Part shown: positions 29,880-40,198 of the stretch, piece after piece
Layout of the letters: the number at the start of each line of letters is the position of its first letter
Numbering within the stretch: position 1 is the first letter of the stretch
Assembly: GCA_035510465.1 (NCBI GenBank)
Contig: DATKHC010000010.1
Span: forward strand, 22,036-86,035
DNA from: Candidatus Saccharimonadales bacterium
GTDB lineage: Bacteria > Patescibacteriota > Saccharimonadia > Saccharimonadales > DATKHC01
Direction of reading: 5' to 3'
DNA: 64,000 nucleotides
Translations under genes and position numbers: made by a program
Notes under the pieces: model-generated
What the model was told of the DNA's origin: nothing
Database searches by the model: none
The model's input: the letters and a program-made list of their open reading frames with translations, nothing else

Positions 29880-30974
29880 CTAAATTTTTTTGGAAGAACC
29901 AAGCTGATCAACAATTTCCTGAGATTTCTCAATCAATACCTTGTTGGAAAATTGTTTTTTGTAAAGACCATGTCCTTTTCGGCCAATTGATTTTAGAGAA
30001 CTCCGATTTTCATATGCCCAAAGAATTTGTTTCGCTAGAGCCTGTGAGCTAGCTTGAGTAACAACTAAACTGTTAACTCGGTCGATGAACATCGTGCTAA
30101 CTTTATTTTTACCCACGATAGTTGGTATCCCAGTGGCCAGGAACTGCGCTGTTTTGCCGGTTACTACCATTTTGGCTTGAACAGAATTGCCAAATGGTCC
30201 ACCCAGCGCTAGATCGGCTCTCCGGATAGCCCTGGGTAGTTGAGCGGACTTTATCTCGTCACGATATTTGATGTTAGCGCCTCTGGCTTTAGTTTTTTCT
30301 GCAAGCGCCTTGGCTTCGGCACTGCCACCAACCAGCTGGAATTCAATTTTAGTAAAATACCTTAGTCTAAACGCTGTTTCTAAAATAATATTAAGCCCAT
30401 ATAGTGGGGTCATTCCTTCGCCGTAATTAAAAACCCTGAATACGCTATTTTTATTTAGTCTCGGTTGAGGTTTCTTGGAAGGGTAAAAGAGTTTTTCGTC
30501 TGCACTAATCGGAACCACGCGGTAGTGATTAGGCCTAAGCCCTGTCAGCTTTGATGAATAGTCCGCATGGGATTGAGTATCAGACAATATAAAACGGCAG
30601 TGTCTCGATAACCATAAATAATACTTATGCAGAAGCCGAGCTAGCATCCCGTTACGTTTTATAATGTGATGCTCGTAAACAGCCCACTCAATCGGATTAA
30701 TAAATTCATCGTAAATTACAGGTTTTTTGCCTGCTATTAAAAGAACCAAAAAAAGCATCTCATAGCCTCGAAAGGTTAGAACGTAAGCATCTGGCTTTTG
30801 GGTTATACGAGTTTTTATCAACCTGAAGGTTGTCTCGGCATACCTGGTCAAACCTTTGTTGGTATTCTTGACTACTATCGTCTCAACGCCCCTACAACCG
30901 CCAAAGCCTGTTCTAAGATTTTTAGCCCTAATGTAATCAGGGTCACTCTTGCAAGTGACTATTGCAATCCTCAT
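29880..30974 (-). CDS. GT-B fold glycosyltransferase (GT1/GT4-like)
   Basis: 364 aa. A C-terminal Rossmann half with a KxxGxxxxE-like region. Weak family assignment. Confidence 0.5.
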   Translation of the reverse strand: MRIAIVTCKSDPDYIRAKNLRTGFGGCRGVETIVVKNTNKGLTRYAETTFRLIKTRITQKPDAYVLTFRGYEMLFLVLLIAGKKPVIYDEFINPIEWAVYEHHIIKRNGMLARLLHKYYLWLSRHCRFILSDTQSHADYSSKLTGLRPNHYRVVPISADEKLFYPSKKPQPRLNKNSVFRVFNYGEGMTPLYGLNIILETAFRLRYFTKIEFQLVGGSAEAKALAEKTKARGANIKYRDEIKSAQLPRAIRRADLALGGPFGNSVQAKMVVTGKTAQFLATGIPTIVGKNKVSTMFIDRVNSLVVTQASSQALAKQILWAYENRSSLKSIGRKGHGLYKKQFSNKVLIEKSQEIVDQLGSSKKI

Positions 30975-31134
30975 AAACCTATTTATAACAGGTTTTCAGA
31001 TAAAAACAACTGCGGATATTATTACCGTTTGGTTAACGTGCAGGATATTTTAAGTCTTTAGGGTTTATTTAATCGATACTATCAAGCGACTGTCTCATCT
31101 ATACTGATAATAGTTATTTCTAGAAATCATAGGC

Positions 31135-32370
31135 ATGAGCAAGCGAGCACCAGCAAAGAAGCATAAAAAAAAGAAGTATCCAGCTTTATTGGTGGCCGTC
31201 TTAATAATCCTGGTGATCGCAGGCCCAATTTTCTTCTTGTTCGTTCGTTTCAGCTCAATAGGTCAGATCCACCCCAGCATCTCAGGGCCAAATCAAATAT
31301 CTACGGGCAGTTTAAATATAAGCTGGCCTGCATCAACAGAGGACGCCATAGGCGTTAGTGGGTATGGTCTGCTTAGCGAAAGCTCCAACCAGGCCGCCTC
31401 CCCAACAGCAAGTATCGCCAAAATTTTAACCGCACTATCTGTATTAAGGGTAAAACCATTGGTTCTTGGGGAGCAGGGACCAGTCATTACTATCTCTTCT
31501 GCCGACGTTAATTCATACTTAACTTACCAGGCTGAAGGCGGTTCAGTTGTTAAGGTTTCTCAGGGTGAACAAATTACGGAGTATCAAGCACTTGAAGCTA
31601 TGCTGCTTCCTTCGGCTAATAACATGGCAGACACTCTCGTCAATTGGGCTTTTGGATCTATGGATAACTACACTAGCTATGCAAACAATTACGCCAAGTT
31701 AATAGGAATGAGCTCAACACATATAGCGGATGCCAGCGGATTCTCACCTCAAACCGTCAGTAGTCCGACAGATCTTATAGTGCTCGGACAGACTGCTCTA
31801 AACAATCAGACAATTGCTCAAATTATTGCCCAAAAATCTGCCGTTATTCCAGTTGCTGGTACGGTTTCAAACGTGAATTGGTTACTTGGACAGAACGGAG
31901 TAATCGGGATAAAGACTGGTAACACAGACCAGGCTGGTGGATGTTATTTATTCGCGGCCAATTACGACGAAGGTAAGCAGGTTATCACAATCATCGGCGA
32001 TGTGAGCAAGGCAAGCACACTACAGAATGCCATAGACGACGGGGCAAATCTAATAGACCAAGTAAGGCCACAGATCCAAACGATTAACTTAAGTGCGACC
32101 AGTCTTGAGAACGTAGAATACAAATCTACCTGGGGCCAGAACAGTTCCGCAACTGCCACAGACCAGGAGACTCTATCTTATATCCCAGGAATGATTTTAA
32201 AAGAGCAGGTTAGCACTAAATCCATCAGGGTCCCTTCCATGCAAGGTAAGATTGTCGGACAAATAACCATATCTTCTGGCGCAGACTCCATATCATCAGC
32301 CTTAGCGCTAAAAAACAGCATAAACAAACCTGGCTGGCTATGGGTCCTGGAACACCCAAGTAAAATTTAA
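31135..32370 (+). CDS. D-alanyl-D-alanine carboxypeptidase (peptidase S11, PBP5/6-like)
   Basis: SxxK (ASIAKI), SxN (PSANN) and KTG (IKTGNT) motifs. N-terminal TM/signal. Confidence 0.8.
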   Translation: MSKRAPAKKHKKKKYPALLVAVLIILVIAGPIFFLFVRFSSIGQIHPSISGPNQISTGSLNISWPASTEDAIGVSGYGLLSESSNQAASPTASIAKILTALSVLRVKPLVLGEQGPVITISSADVNSYLTYQAEGGSVVKVSQGEQITEYQALEAMLLPSANNMADTLVNWAFGSMDNYTSYANNYAKLIGMSSTHIADASGFSPQTVSSPTDLIVLGQTALNNQTIAQIIAQKSAVIPVAGTVSNVNWLLGQNGVIGIKTGNTDQAGGCYLFAANYDEGKQVITIIGDVSKASTLQNAIDDGANLIDQVRPQIQTINLSATSLENVEYKSTWGQNSSATATDQETLSYIPGMILKEQVSTKSIRVPSMQGKIVGQITISSGADSISSALALKNSINKPGWLWVLEHPSKI

Positions 32371-32939
32371 GTAATCAACTCTGTGACCGCTGATGGTTCC
32401 ATGTCTGGATAGTCAGTGTACCTTGTGAACTTTTGGTGTTTTTTCCATAAGCCTTCGAGTTCGCCTTTTGAGACAGCTTTTTTAGATAAATACCACGCTA
32501 GCTTAGCTGTGCCTTTTTTATTATCCTTAAGCTCAAGTTCAAAAAGTTTTGTGACTTTTATTGGCTTTCTGTACGAAACCCGATAAAGCACTAAGTTGTT
32601 GGAGTTAGTAATCACAACCCAATTTAGGCCTAGACCAAGAGCGTAAGCAAGTGCCTGCGAAAGGTGTTGAGGTGACAACTTAGTATTAAGCGGTTTAACC
32701 TCGATCACAAATATCTGCTTACCCATTATTTCGACTAGATAGTCGGCAAAACCTCCGCCAATATGTGGTTCAATTTTTATATCTACAAGCTCTTTGTAGC
32801 CTAGCACATCTGTTAATAGATGGTTTACAAGTATCCTGGTCGATGATTCAGATAGATTATCTAGCTGTTTGTTTAAATAAAAACGTCGGTAGCGATTTAG
32901 TTTTCCTGTTATACCCGCATCTGTGGGTGATAGGATCAT
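32367..32939 (-). CDS. Stand-alone PD-(D/E)xK nuclease-fold protein (HsdR N-terminal domain-like)
   Basis: GGGFADYLVE...IFVIEVKP (D...ExK). 190 aa. Directly abuts the IS30 element. Confidence 0.5.
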   Translation of the reverse strand: MILSPTDAGITGKLNRYRRFYLNKQLDNLSESSTRILVNHLLTDVLGYKELVDIKIEPHIGGGFADYLVEIMGKQIFVIEVKPLNTKLSPQHLSQALAYALGLGLNWVVITNSNNLVLYRVSYRKPIKVTKLFELELKDNKKGTAKLAWYLSKKAVSKGELEGLWKKHQKFTRYTDYPDMEPSAVTELIT

Positions 32940-33079
32940 AACTTGCGCCTCTTAACCGAGTTTTATTCGGTCTAAAAAGATACGTTAACATGCTTTTGCT
33001 CAAATTGCAAGTTATAAACCTTGCAATCTAGCCCGAAGTGCAACGTAAACACTAACAACTAAAAAGCACCTCTGCTCAG

Positions 33080-34145
33080 ATCTTGTAGACTAGTGGTTGT
33101 AACACAACTAAATACAAGGAGAACAGAGATGCACTTTCATCTTACACAACAACAACGTATAGAGCTAAGCCTTTTGCTTAAGCTCGGTCACACGCAACAT
33201 AATATTGCACTGGTACTAGGAGTTAACCCAAGTACCATAAGCCGGGAGCTAGGTCGGAATCGTAGAGCTAGCGGCATATACCATCCGGCTTCGGCTAGAT
33301 TGAGAGCTGGCACACGACGAGCAAATGCCAATGCTCTACGTACTAAGCTACTGGCAAATATACAGCTAGCAGAAGCTGTAGAGCGTAAACTCATTCGTAA
33401 TGATTCACCAGACCAAATAGCTGGTTGGATGCGCGACACCAAACGGAGAGTCAGGGTTTGTGCTCAAACTATCTATGACTGGGTATACTTGCATGCTCGG
33501 CATTTACTGAAACACCTTCATTGCCGTAAAGGTAAGTACCGTCTAACTAGAGAAACTGCTCTTAAGAAAGCTTTTAGGGATAAGCTGAAAGAAGCTAGGC
33601 GTATTAGCGCTAGACCAGCCCATATCCAACGACGAAGTCGGTATGGCCATTGGGAAGGAGATACGGTTGTTGGCAAAGGCCATAGTGGCTGTATTGCTAC
33701 ATTCGTGGAACGCAAGAGTGGTTATCTAATGGCGGTTAAGTTGGCTCGAGGGACAGCCAAGAATTTTGAGGTAGCTGCAGAGCGTAGTTTTGCTGTCATT
33801 ACCAAAAGCTACCGCAAAACCCTAACCCTAGACAATGGCGCTGAGATGAGCAACTACGAGGAAATTGAACTAAGTACTGGTTTACGGATTTACTTTGCTC
33901 AACCCTATCATTCGTGGGAGAGAGGTACTAACGAGAATACCAATGGATTACTTAGGTTCTACTTCCCAAAGCAAATGAGGCTTGAAAGTATTACTCAAGA
34001 AATGCTTGACGTAGCCGTCAAGCAGCTAAATACTAGACCAAGGAAACGACTAGGCTACAAGACACCAGAGCAAGTCTTTAAGTTAAAAAGGTAATGTTAC
34101 GATTCGGGTTGGAATCTAAGGTTTAGTCGGAACCTAGTAACTCAG
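33080..34145 (+). mobile_element. IS30-family insertion sequence (boundaries approximate)
   Basis: Single DDE transposase ORF. The left end TGTAGACTAGTGGTTGTAACACAAC (33084-) resembles IS30 IRL TGTAGATTCAATTGG... The right end, around GGAATCTAAGG...AACCTAGTAA, is only loosely inverted-repeat-like. I could not delimit a target-site duplication. Confidence 0.55.
33130..34094 (+). CDS. IS30-family DDE transposase
   Basis: N-terminal HTH IALVLGVNPSTISRELGRN. HWEGDTVVGKGHSGCIATFVERKSGY, the IS30 catalytic region. An alternative upstream start at 33093 is possible. Confidence 0.85.
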
Positions 34146-34153
34146 ATGTAAAA

Positions 34154-34810
34154 TTATTTTTTGTTTTTAAGCATATCTTCCACATATCCACTAAAGAGTT
34201 CCTCCAAAGAACGACTCCTAAATGTCCTCTGGCTCTGATCACCAAAACCACCAATGTACTCACCGATTGAAATATACTTTCCATTAGGAACATGAGGGCC
34301 ACTTGGGATCGTCCCAGCACCATGAGCAAAACTATGGCCGGCAGGGAAGATGAGGCTACTTCTAAAACAGCGTAGCTTGCCGTCATTACAGATATATACA
34401 GTGACACCACCAAATGCGCGATTTGATGCGTTTTGTATGTTTGTTAATTCACCTATTGGATAGCCTGTGCCTTGCCACAGAGTGAACCATCTGGATCTTT
34501 TTAGAAAATGTCTAACCGGACCTGGCGCCCAAGATCCTGATCTTATAGCTTGTTCATTTAAAGAACGCCCGGATTTAGGTTTCTCTAACTTAAGATTCTT
34601 AGCTCCATAAAAACCATGCTTGGACATGAAATCTATAAATTCCTGTGCTATCTTGGCATTTTCGGCACCCAGAAGATCCTTTGGTTGATTACCCCTGAAA
34701 TCATCACTAACTGATTGCAAGTATTTCTTGCGTTTTTTATTCAACTCTTTTTGTTCTTGTTGCGATTTTTTGAAATTAGCTTTAAATTCATCAAATCGAT
34801 TTCGAGCCAT
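34154..34810 (-). CDS. Hypothetical protein (K-rich N-terminus, Gly-rich C-part)
   Basis: 218 aa with no recognisable motif. Lies between the IS30 element and the high-GC gene. Confidence 0.4.
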   Translation of the reverse strand: MARNRFDEFKANFKKSQQEQKELNKKRKKYLQSVSDDFRGNQPKDLLGAENAKIAQEFIDFMSKHGFYGAKNLKLEKPKSGRSLNEQAIRSGSWAPGPVRHFLKRSRWFTLWQGTGYPIGELTNIQNASNRAFGGVTVYICNDGKLRCFRSSLIFPAGHSFAHGAGTIPSGPHVPNGKYISIGEYIGGFGDQSQRTFRSRSLEELFSGYVEDMLKNKK

Positions 34811-35082
34811 CTTTAGTAACCTCGTTAATGGCTACATTACACCTTATTATCGGGAATTCTACAAGTGTTTAAAAAAAGGATTTAACATTCTATATAATAA
34901 CCTTGATGTTGGTAGTATATTATGGTATAAATATTATGCTATAGAGCACCCTTTATGGGTGTTTTTTAAGCGCTCATTAACAAAGGAAATCTGTAATGTC
35001 CAGTAAAGCTTACCCGGTTTGTGCATCCTACGAACCAAGTGAGCTTTACTGGAAATAAAAACTACAACGGGAGGTACATAAA

Positions 35083-36024
35083 GTGCCAGGGTTATTCGTT
35101 TTCGCGATAGTGATCTTCATCATCGCGGTCATTCTGTTTCTCATCGGCAAGGGTCTCAGAAAACGGGGTTCAAGCGATGACACCAAGGACGCTGCCCCGA
35201 TGCTTTACATAGTCGGAGCTGCCGTTCTTGCCTTCGGGCTTTTGCTTACGTTTTTCTCGTCGTATACCACGGTATCGACTAAGAACGTCGGCATTACAAC
35301 TGCCTTCGGGAGAACGGTCGGGCACCTGTCCAACGGGCTTCATTTCATAGCCCCATGGGAGCAGGTGACGGAAATGGACGCCGCGATTCAGGCAGACTCC
35401 TATACGGGAGACAACTGCCTGAACGTACGCATCGCCAATCAGCAGAACGCCTGCGTCAACGTGTCAATCCGTTGGAGGATCAAGTTCGCTCAGGCCGACG
35501 ACCTGTTCCAGAACTACCGAACCTTCGAAAACGTGAGAGACTCACTGGTCACGAGAGAGCTGACGGCGGCGGTCAACAATCAGTTGTCCAACTACAATCC
35601 GCTCAACTCGATCTTGATCCAGGTCCCGACGGGCAATAACTACCCGACGAATCCGAGCCTCACCAAGGTCGCGCACGCTGTCACCCGGCAGATGCGATCT
35701 GAAATTGGCTCCGATATCGACGTCATCAACACGATCATTCCGATCATGACGTTCGACCCGGCTACCCAGGCAAGGCTCAACCAGCTGCAACAGCAGGAAG
35801 CTTTGACACGGGTTGCCATCGCATCGGATCAGACCAACGAAGCTCAGGCCGCAGCTAACCAGGCCCTGGCTCAGTCGGTCAACGACAGCCCAAATGTCCT
35901 GGTGGCGCAATGCATGTCAATTCTGTCGGAAATGGTCAAGAATGGCCAGTCGGTTCCGGCGGGATTCTCGTGTTGGCCGGGTGGTGGCGTCACTGGCGTT
36001 ATTGCCAACGCAACCACGAAGTAG
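35083..36024 (+). CDS. SPFH/band-7 (prohibitin/HflK-like) membrane protein, GTG start, markedly higher GC than its surroundings
   Basis: N-terminal TM. SPFH core VGITTAFGRTVGHLSNGLHFIAPWEQV. GGGAGG RBS 7 nt upstream of GTG. Local GC is visibly about 55-58% against about 43% elsewhere. Confidence 0.75.
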   Translation: MPGLFVFAIVIFIIAVILFLIGKGLRKRGSSDDTKDAAPMLYIVGAAVLAFGLLLTFFSSYTTVSTKNVGITTAFGRTVGHLSNGLHFIAPWEQVTEMDAAIQADSYTGDNCLNVRIANQQNACVNVSIRWRIKFAQADDLFQNYRTFENVRDSLVTRELTAAVNNQLSNYNPLNSILIQVPTGNNYPTNPSLTKVAHAVTRQMRSEIGSDIDVINTIIPIMTFDPATQARLNQLQQQEALTRVAIASDQTNEAQAAANQALAQSVNDSPNVLVAQCMSILSEMVKNGQSVPAGFSCWPGGGVTGVIANATTK

Positions 36025-36192
36025 CTCTGGGTGAGGGAAATGACCGTGGGGCGGTTCCAGATTCTGGGCCGTCCTACAGTCTACCCTCCCAGCTACAGCA
36101 TTTCCCTTTGTTTAATTCACTCAATAACTGTTCGGTTATTCTGATGAGTCCAATAGGACGAAAGTGAATATCGATATCCAAGATGTCTAGGC

Positions 36193-36795
36193 TCACACCG
36201 ATTGATCGCTATTCAAGAGTGGAGATCCTTCATGAAGGAAGGGCTGCTCATATGGCAGGTTGAGAGGAGAGTTAGGACTTATATTACCGTTTGGCAGACT
36301 GGACACTGGAGTCGAGTGGATGGCTTGGTGTGGTTGGGGCACTGTCGGAACGGACATTGGTTGAGGCTGTGGTGCGTAACCCTGTGGGTTCATATAGCCC
36401 TGGTACGCGCGTACTTCTAAAACTTTCTGTTGTGTGTGATTAAGAATCATCCTTAGCCTGTGGTGATTCCATGAGCTGAAGATTAAAACTTTATTGGACG
36501 TATAAATATGGATTGTCGAGTTGAGTAGGCGGTAGTTTAACAGCACCTCTTGGATCATGCTGTAGGAAATGGCGTCCAGAGTCAGGAACATTGGCTTTCT
36601 GTCCACCAGAAGGAGTCTCTGGTCTGTCGCGACGAGTAGAGCGAAACCATTATCGTAATAGCCATTCAAGGCCTGTACGATGGTCTCACCGGGGGTTAAT
36701 ATATTACAAAGTTCTTTGACTTCAGCTCGGCCCCAAGAGCTAATCCTGCAACCTGCCTTCGCCAACTGGGCTTCGATATTTGATAAAGCTATCAT
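36193..36795 (-). CDS. Hypothetical protein (bacterial PH-like domain, Q/P-rich C-terminal tail)
   Basis: 200 aa. The C-terminal YQGYMNPQGYAPQPQPMSVPTVPQPHQ is low-complexity. Confidence 0.4.
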   Translation of the reverse strand: MIALSNIEAQLAKAGCRISSWGRAEVKELCNILTPGETIVQALNGYYDNGFALLVATDQRLLLVDRKPMFLTLDAISYSMIQEVLLNYRLLNSTIHIYTSNKVLIFSSWNHHRLRMILNHTQQKVLEVRAYQGYMNPQGYAPQPQPMSVPTVPQPHQAIHSTPVSSLPNGNISPNSPLNLPYEQPFLHEGSPLLNSDQSV

Positions 36796-36935
36796 ATACT
36801 TTTCCTCCCCTTAACAACTTAATCATAGGCTTCAAGAGAGAGCTTGTCCGTATTTTTACTCACCCAGACAATGCGATTATTATCACACGCCGTCAGAAAT
36901 TAGCCAGAATTTACATCTTGTGACATAATAAATAT

Positions 36936-37586
36936 ATGTTGGCTTCCGAAGCCCAAAATTCTGCTTTGGTTGACTTGTTCAGAAGAGAAGGGAATAAGTT
37001 AACCTACAAAAAGGGAGAATTTGTAATTCGCCCGGGACAAGCTCCTACGGGCGTTTTTTATATCTCAAGTGGGATCGTAAAGGCATTTGATATCACAAAG
37101 TACGGTGAAGATAACATGCTGATCATCCGAAAAGAAAAAGAAATATTCCCGCTAATATGGGCTGTAACAGGGGAAGAGCGGCACATCATCTACGAGACTC
37201 TGTCCGATACTATTCTGTACCAGATTAGTAGAGACAAATTCGTAAAACATATGAGGAATAACCCTGAGATTCTGACTCCACTGCTTGATATGGTCACAGA
37301 AATGTATCGAATCCATTCAGAAAGAATTCTAAACCTTGAGTATAGAAGCGTAAGAGAACGAGTGATATCGTTCCTAATCGCAATGTCCAACCGTTTTTCT
37401 AGACCAGCTGCTAAGGGTGTGACTATAGACGTTCCTTTGCGGAGGCAAGATATAGCCAGCTCAATAAACGCCACAAGAGAAACGACCAGTCGTGAAATGG
37501 TCTACCTTGAAAAGCATGGGCTTGTTTCAAATAAAAACACCTACATCACGCTCATTGATATAGATAAGCTTCAATCTTTCTTGTAA
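36936..37586 (+). CDS. Crp/Fnr-family transcriptional regulator (intact)
   Basis: cNMP-binding beta-barrel (GEFVIRPGQAPTGVFYISSGIVK) plus a C-terminal HTH (RQDIASSINATRETTSREMVYLEKHGLV). Confidence 0.8.
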   Translation: MLASEAQNSALVDLFRREGNKLTYKKGEFVIRPGQAPTGVFYISSGIVKAFDITKYGEDNMLIIRKEKEIFPLIWAVTGEERHIIYETLSDTILYQISRDKFVKHMRNNPEILTPLLDMVTEMYRIHSERILNLEYRSVRERVISFLIAMSNRFSRPAAKGVTIDVPLRRQDIASSINATRETTSREMVYLEKHGLVSNKNTYITLIDIDKLQSFL

Positions 37587-37663
37587 TAAAGCTACGCTAA
37601 GTTAGGTTTCCGGGCTCAGAAATGGCAAAATAATGTTAGTGTTTTTAATAGCAAAATTACCTG

Positions 37664-40180
37664 ATGCAAGCTAAATCTATCCTTAATTTATCAGCAGAAG
37701 AAGTAATAACAGAGCTTAAGACTTCTCATGACGGATTAACTTCATCTGAAGCTAGAATTCGCCTGGAGAAAAATGGGCCCAATTTACTAAAATCCAGTTC
37801 TACCACTGGACCTGGCAAGCTCTTACTTAGGCAATTCAAAAGTTCTCTTATTTATTTACTCGTCGTAGCATGCTTAATCTCTTTTGGCCTGCGTGATTTC
37901 AGTGACGGTTTCATAATCCTGTCAATCTTAATAATCAATACTGGGCTTGGATTTTACCAGGAATTCCGATCTGAAAACGCTGTCGCTAAACTACAGAAAC
38001 TTATCATGAGGGAAATACTGGTTAAACGCGACGGTCGGGAGGCATTAACGAATGAGGCTGACCTAGTAATAGGTGATCTGGTTGTTTTAAGGGAAGGGGA
38101 TATTGTACCAGCTGACATTAGACTAGTTGAAGTTAACGAGCTAAGCGTAAACGAATCACAAATTACTGGCGAGTCTTTACCTGTATCCAAGACAAGGTCT
38201 GGCAAAGATTCAATTTTATACACCGGAAGCACAGTTGAGGGCGGCGAGGGTTTTGGCTATGTTTTCGCTACTGCATCACAAACCGAGCTCGGGAAAATAG
38301 CCAAGCTCGCGTCCTCAACAAAACGAACTACTCAATACGAAAAATCACTTTCATCGTTTAGTTCATTTCTTGTAAAAGTTACTTTTCTGATTTTGGCAGC
38401 AGTTTTTGTCCTTAAAGTCGTGGTAGACAGAGACGGCACTAGCATTGCTTCACTTGGTTTGTTCGTGATAGCTTTGTCGGTTGCTGTTGTCCCTGAGGTC
38501 ATGCCTGTTATCGCAACCGTTACGCTTTCAACAGGAGCAATGCGTTTAGCTCGCGCCCATGTTATCGCCAAGACTCTAACGGCTGTTGAAGATTTGGGTA
38601 ACATAACTGTGCTTTGCAGTGACAAAACAGGTACGTTAACAGAGAATAAGCAGAGAATTACACGGTTAGAGTCGGATAACCCAGAACTTTTCCAAACCGT
38701 TGCCATAGCGTCTCTTGAAACTTTAGATGAAAAACGTAAAAAATTTCAAAGCGCATTCGATCGAGCTTTTATAGATTTTGTACCCGAGAACATAAAGACT
38801 ACAGCTAACGGCTTCGAACGAGTTGAAGAACTTCCGTTTGATCCACGCTCCCGGAGGAGGGCAGTAATATACAAAAATGGCGATAAGTACTATCTAGCAG
38901 TCATTGGGGCGGTTGAAACTCTGTTAGAACTAACTAAAGATCACCGCACCAAAAACTACCGTAAGATCATAAAAAATGATGGTCAACAAGGCTTAAGACA
39001 CCTAGCAATCGCTTACAAGGCTATAAAATTCGAGTCTCACGATTTCGATATCGCAAAGCACGAAAAAGACCTTGAATTCTTAGGTTTTGTCGCCTTAGAA
39101 GACCCTCTTAGACCGACCGCTAAACACACTATCGAACTAGCAGAACAACTTGGCCTTAAAATTAAAATACTCTCCGGCGACAGTGTCGAAGTAACTAACT
39201 ACGTTGCCAGCAGGGTAGGATTGATTAAGCCAGGGCAGTTGGTTTACAGCGGCCCAGAGGTAGAAACATTCTCGGATGAGAAGCTTGGGGAAATACTCAA
39301 AACTAACAATGTCTTCGCAAGACTTAACCCTGAGCAGAAATTCCGAATTATTAAAATCTTAAAAGAACACGGCAATATTGTCGGTTACCAGGGCGATGGC
39401 ATAAACGATGCTCCAGCACTAAAACTGGCCGATGTTGCTGTTGCAGTTAGTGGCGCCACGGATGTCGCACAGGACAGTGCAGATATCTTACTGATTCGCA
39501 ACGATCTGGAAGTTCTAGTTAACGGTATTAGATATGGCAGAGTAATCTTCTCGAACATCAATAAATATATACGCTTCACTATGATTGCCAACTTTGGTAA
39601 CTTTTTCGCGTTGTCCGCCATTTATTTGGGTACATCAGCAGCCTTACCGCTCGTACCTATACAGTTAATCCTTACAAACCTACTCACCGATCTACCGACC
39701 ATCACTATTGCTACCGACAACGTCGGTCTGGAAGAGCTAACCCGGCCTAGTGTCTATAACATACGTGCACTTATGTTTGTGCCGATATTCCTTGGGATGA
39801 TAACTGCAATTTACGAGCTAATGTTCTTTACTTCGGTCTTCCACCAATCGACGTCAATTAAGCAAACTTGTCTTTATTTGTTCTTATCCCTTACGGGACT
39901 AATTGTTATCTTAGTTGTCCGAAATCGTGGACATTTTTGGCTGGCGCCAAAGCTTTCTACTCAACTTAAGTTGGCATTTACTATAGTCTTGTTTATAAGT
40001 GTAGCGATTATTTATATTTCAATCACTCGCAAGTTGTTCTATTTCGACCCAGTTAGTATTGCGATGCTTTCCTACACTGTTTTAGTTTCTGTGGCTTATT
40101 TATTTATCTTGGATGGTATCAAGGTCTGGTTTTTCCGAACCCGCTTAGGAGACAGCACCCGAGAAAATGCGTTAGCTTAA
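37664..40180 (+). CDS. Cation-transporting P-type ATPase (P2/P3 type)
   Basis: TGES (ITGESLPV), DKTGTLT (CSDKTGTLTENKQ), GDGINDAPAL. About 10 TM helices. Confidence 0.85.
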   Translation: MQAKSILNLSAEEVITELKTSHDGLTSSEARIRLEKNGPNLLKSSSTTGPGKLLLRQFKSSLIYLLVVACLISFGLRDFSDGFIILSILIINTGLGFYQEFRSENAVAKLQKLIMREILVKRDGREALTNEADLVIGDLVVLREGDIVPADIRLVEVNELSVNESQITGESLPVSKTRSGKDSILYTGSTVEGGEGFGYVFATASQTELGKIAKLASSTKRTTQYEKSLSSFSSFLVKVTFLILAAVFVLKVVVDRDGTSIASLGLFVIALSVAVVPEVMPVIATVTLSTGAMRLARAHVIAKTLTAVEDLGNITVLCSDKTGTLTENKQRITRLESDNPELFQTVAIASLETLDEKRKKFQSAFDRAFIDFVPENIKTTANGFERVEELPFDPRSRRRAVIYKNGDKYYLAVIGAVETLLELTKDHRTKNYRKIIKNDGQQGLRHLAIAYKAIKFESHDFDIAKHEKDLEFLGFVALEDPLRPTAKHTIELAEQLGLKIKILSGDSVEVTNYVASRVGLIKPGQLVYSGPEVETFSDEKLGEILKTNNVFARLNPEQKFRIIKILKEHGNIVGYQGDGINDAPALKLADVAVAVSGATDVAQDSADILLIRNDLEVLVNGIRYGRVIFSNINKYIRFTMIANFGNFFALSAIYLGTSAALPLVPIQLILTNLLTDLPTITIATDNVGLEELTRPSVYNIRALMFVPIFLGMITAIYELMFFTSVFHQSTSIKQTCLYLFLSLTGLIVILVVRNRGHFWLAPKLSTQLKLAFTIVLFISVAIIYISITRKLFYFDPVSIAMLSYTVLVSVAYLFILDGIKVWFFRTRLGDSTRENALA

Positions 40181-40198
40181 GCTATATGACGTCTGGGT

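Noticed and set aside
35355-35910. ORFs 35355-35639(+), 35542-35910(-) and 35813-36034(+) overlapping the SPFH gene
   Set aside because: They sit inside the high-GC SPFH coding region, where all frames stay open because of GC bias. Their Arg/Gly/Pro-rich low-complexity translations are typical of out-of-frame GC-rich DNA.
37954-39621. Antisense ORFs inside the P-type ATPase gene
   Set aside because: Contained in a CDS with all P-type ATPase signatures.
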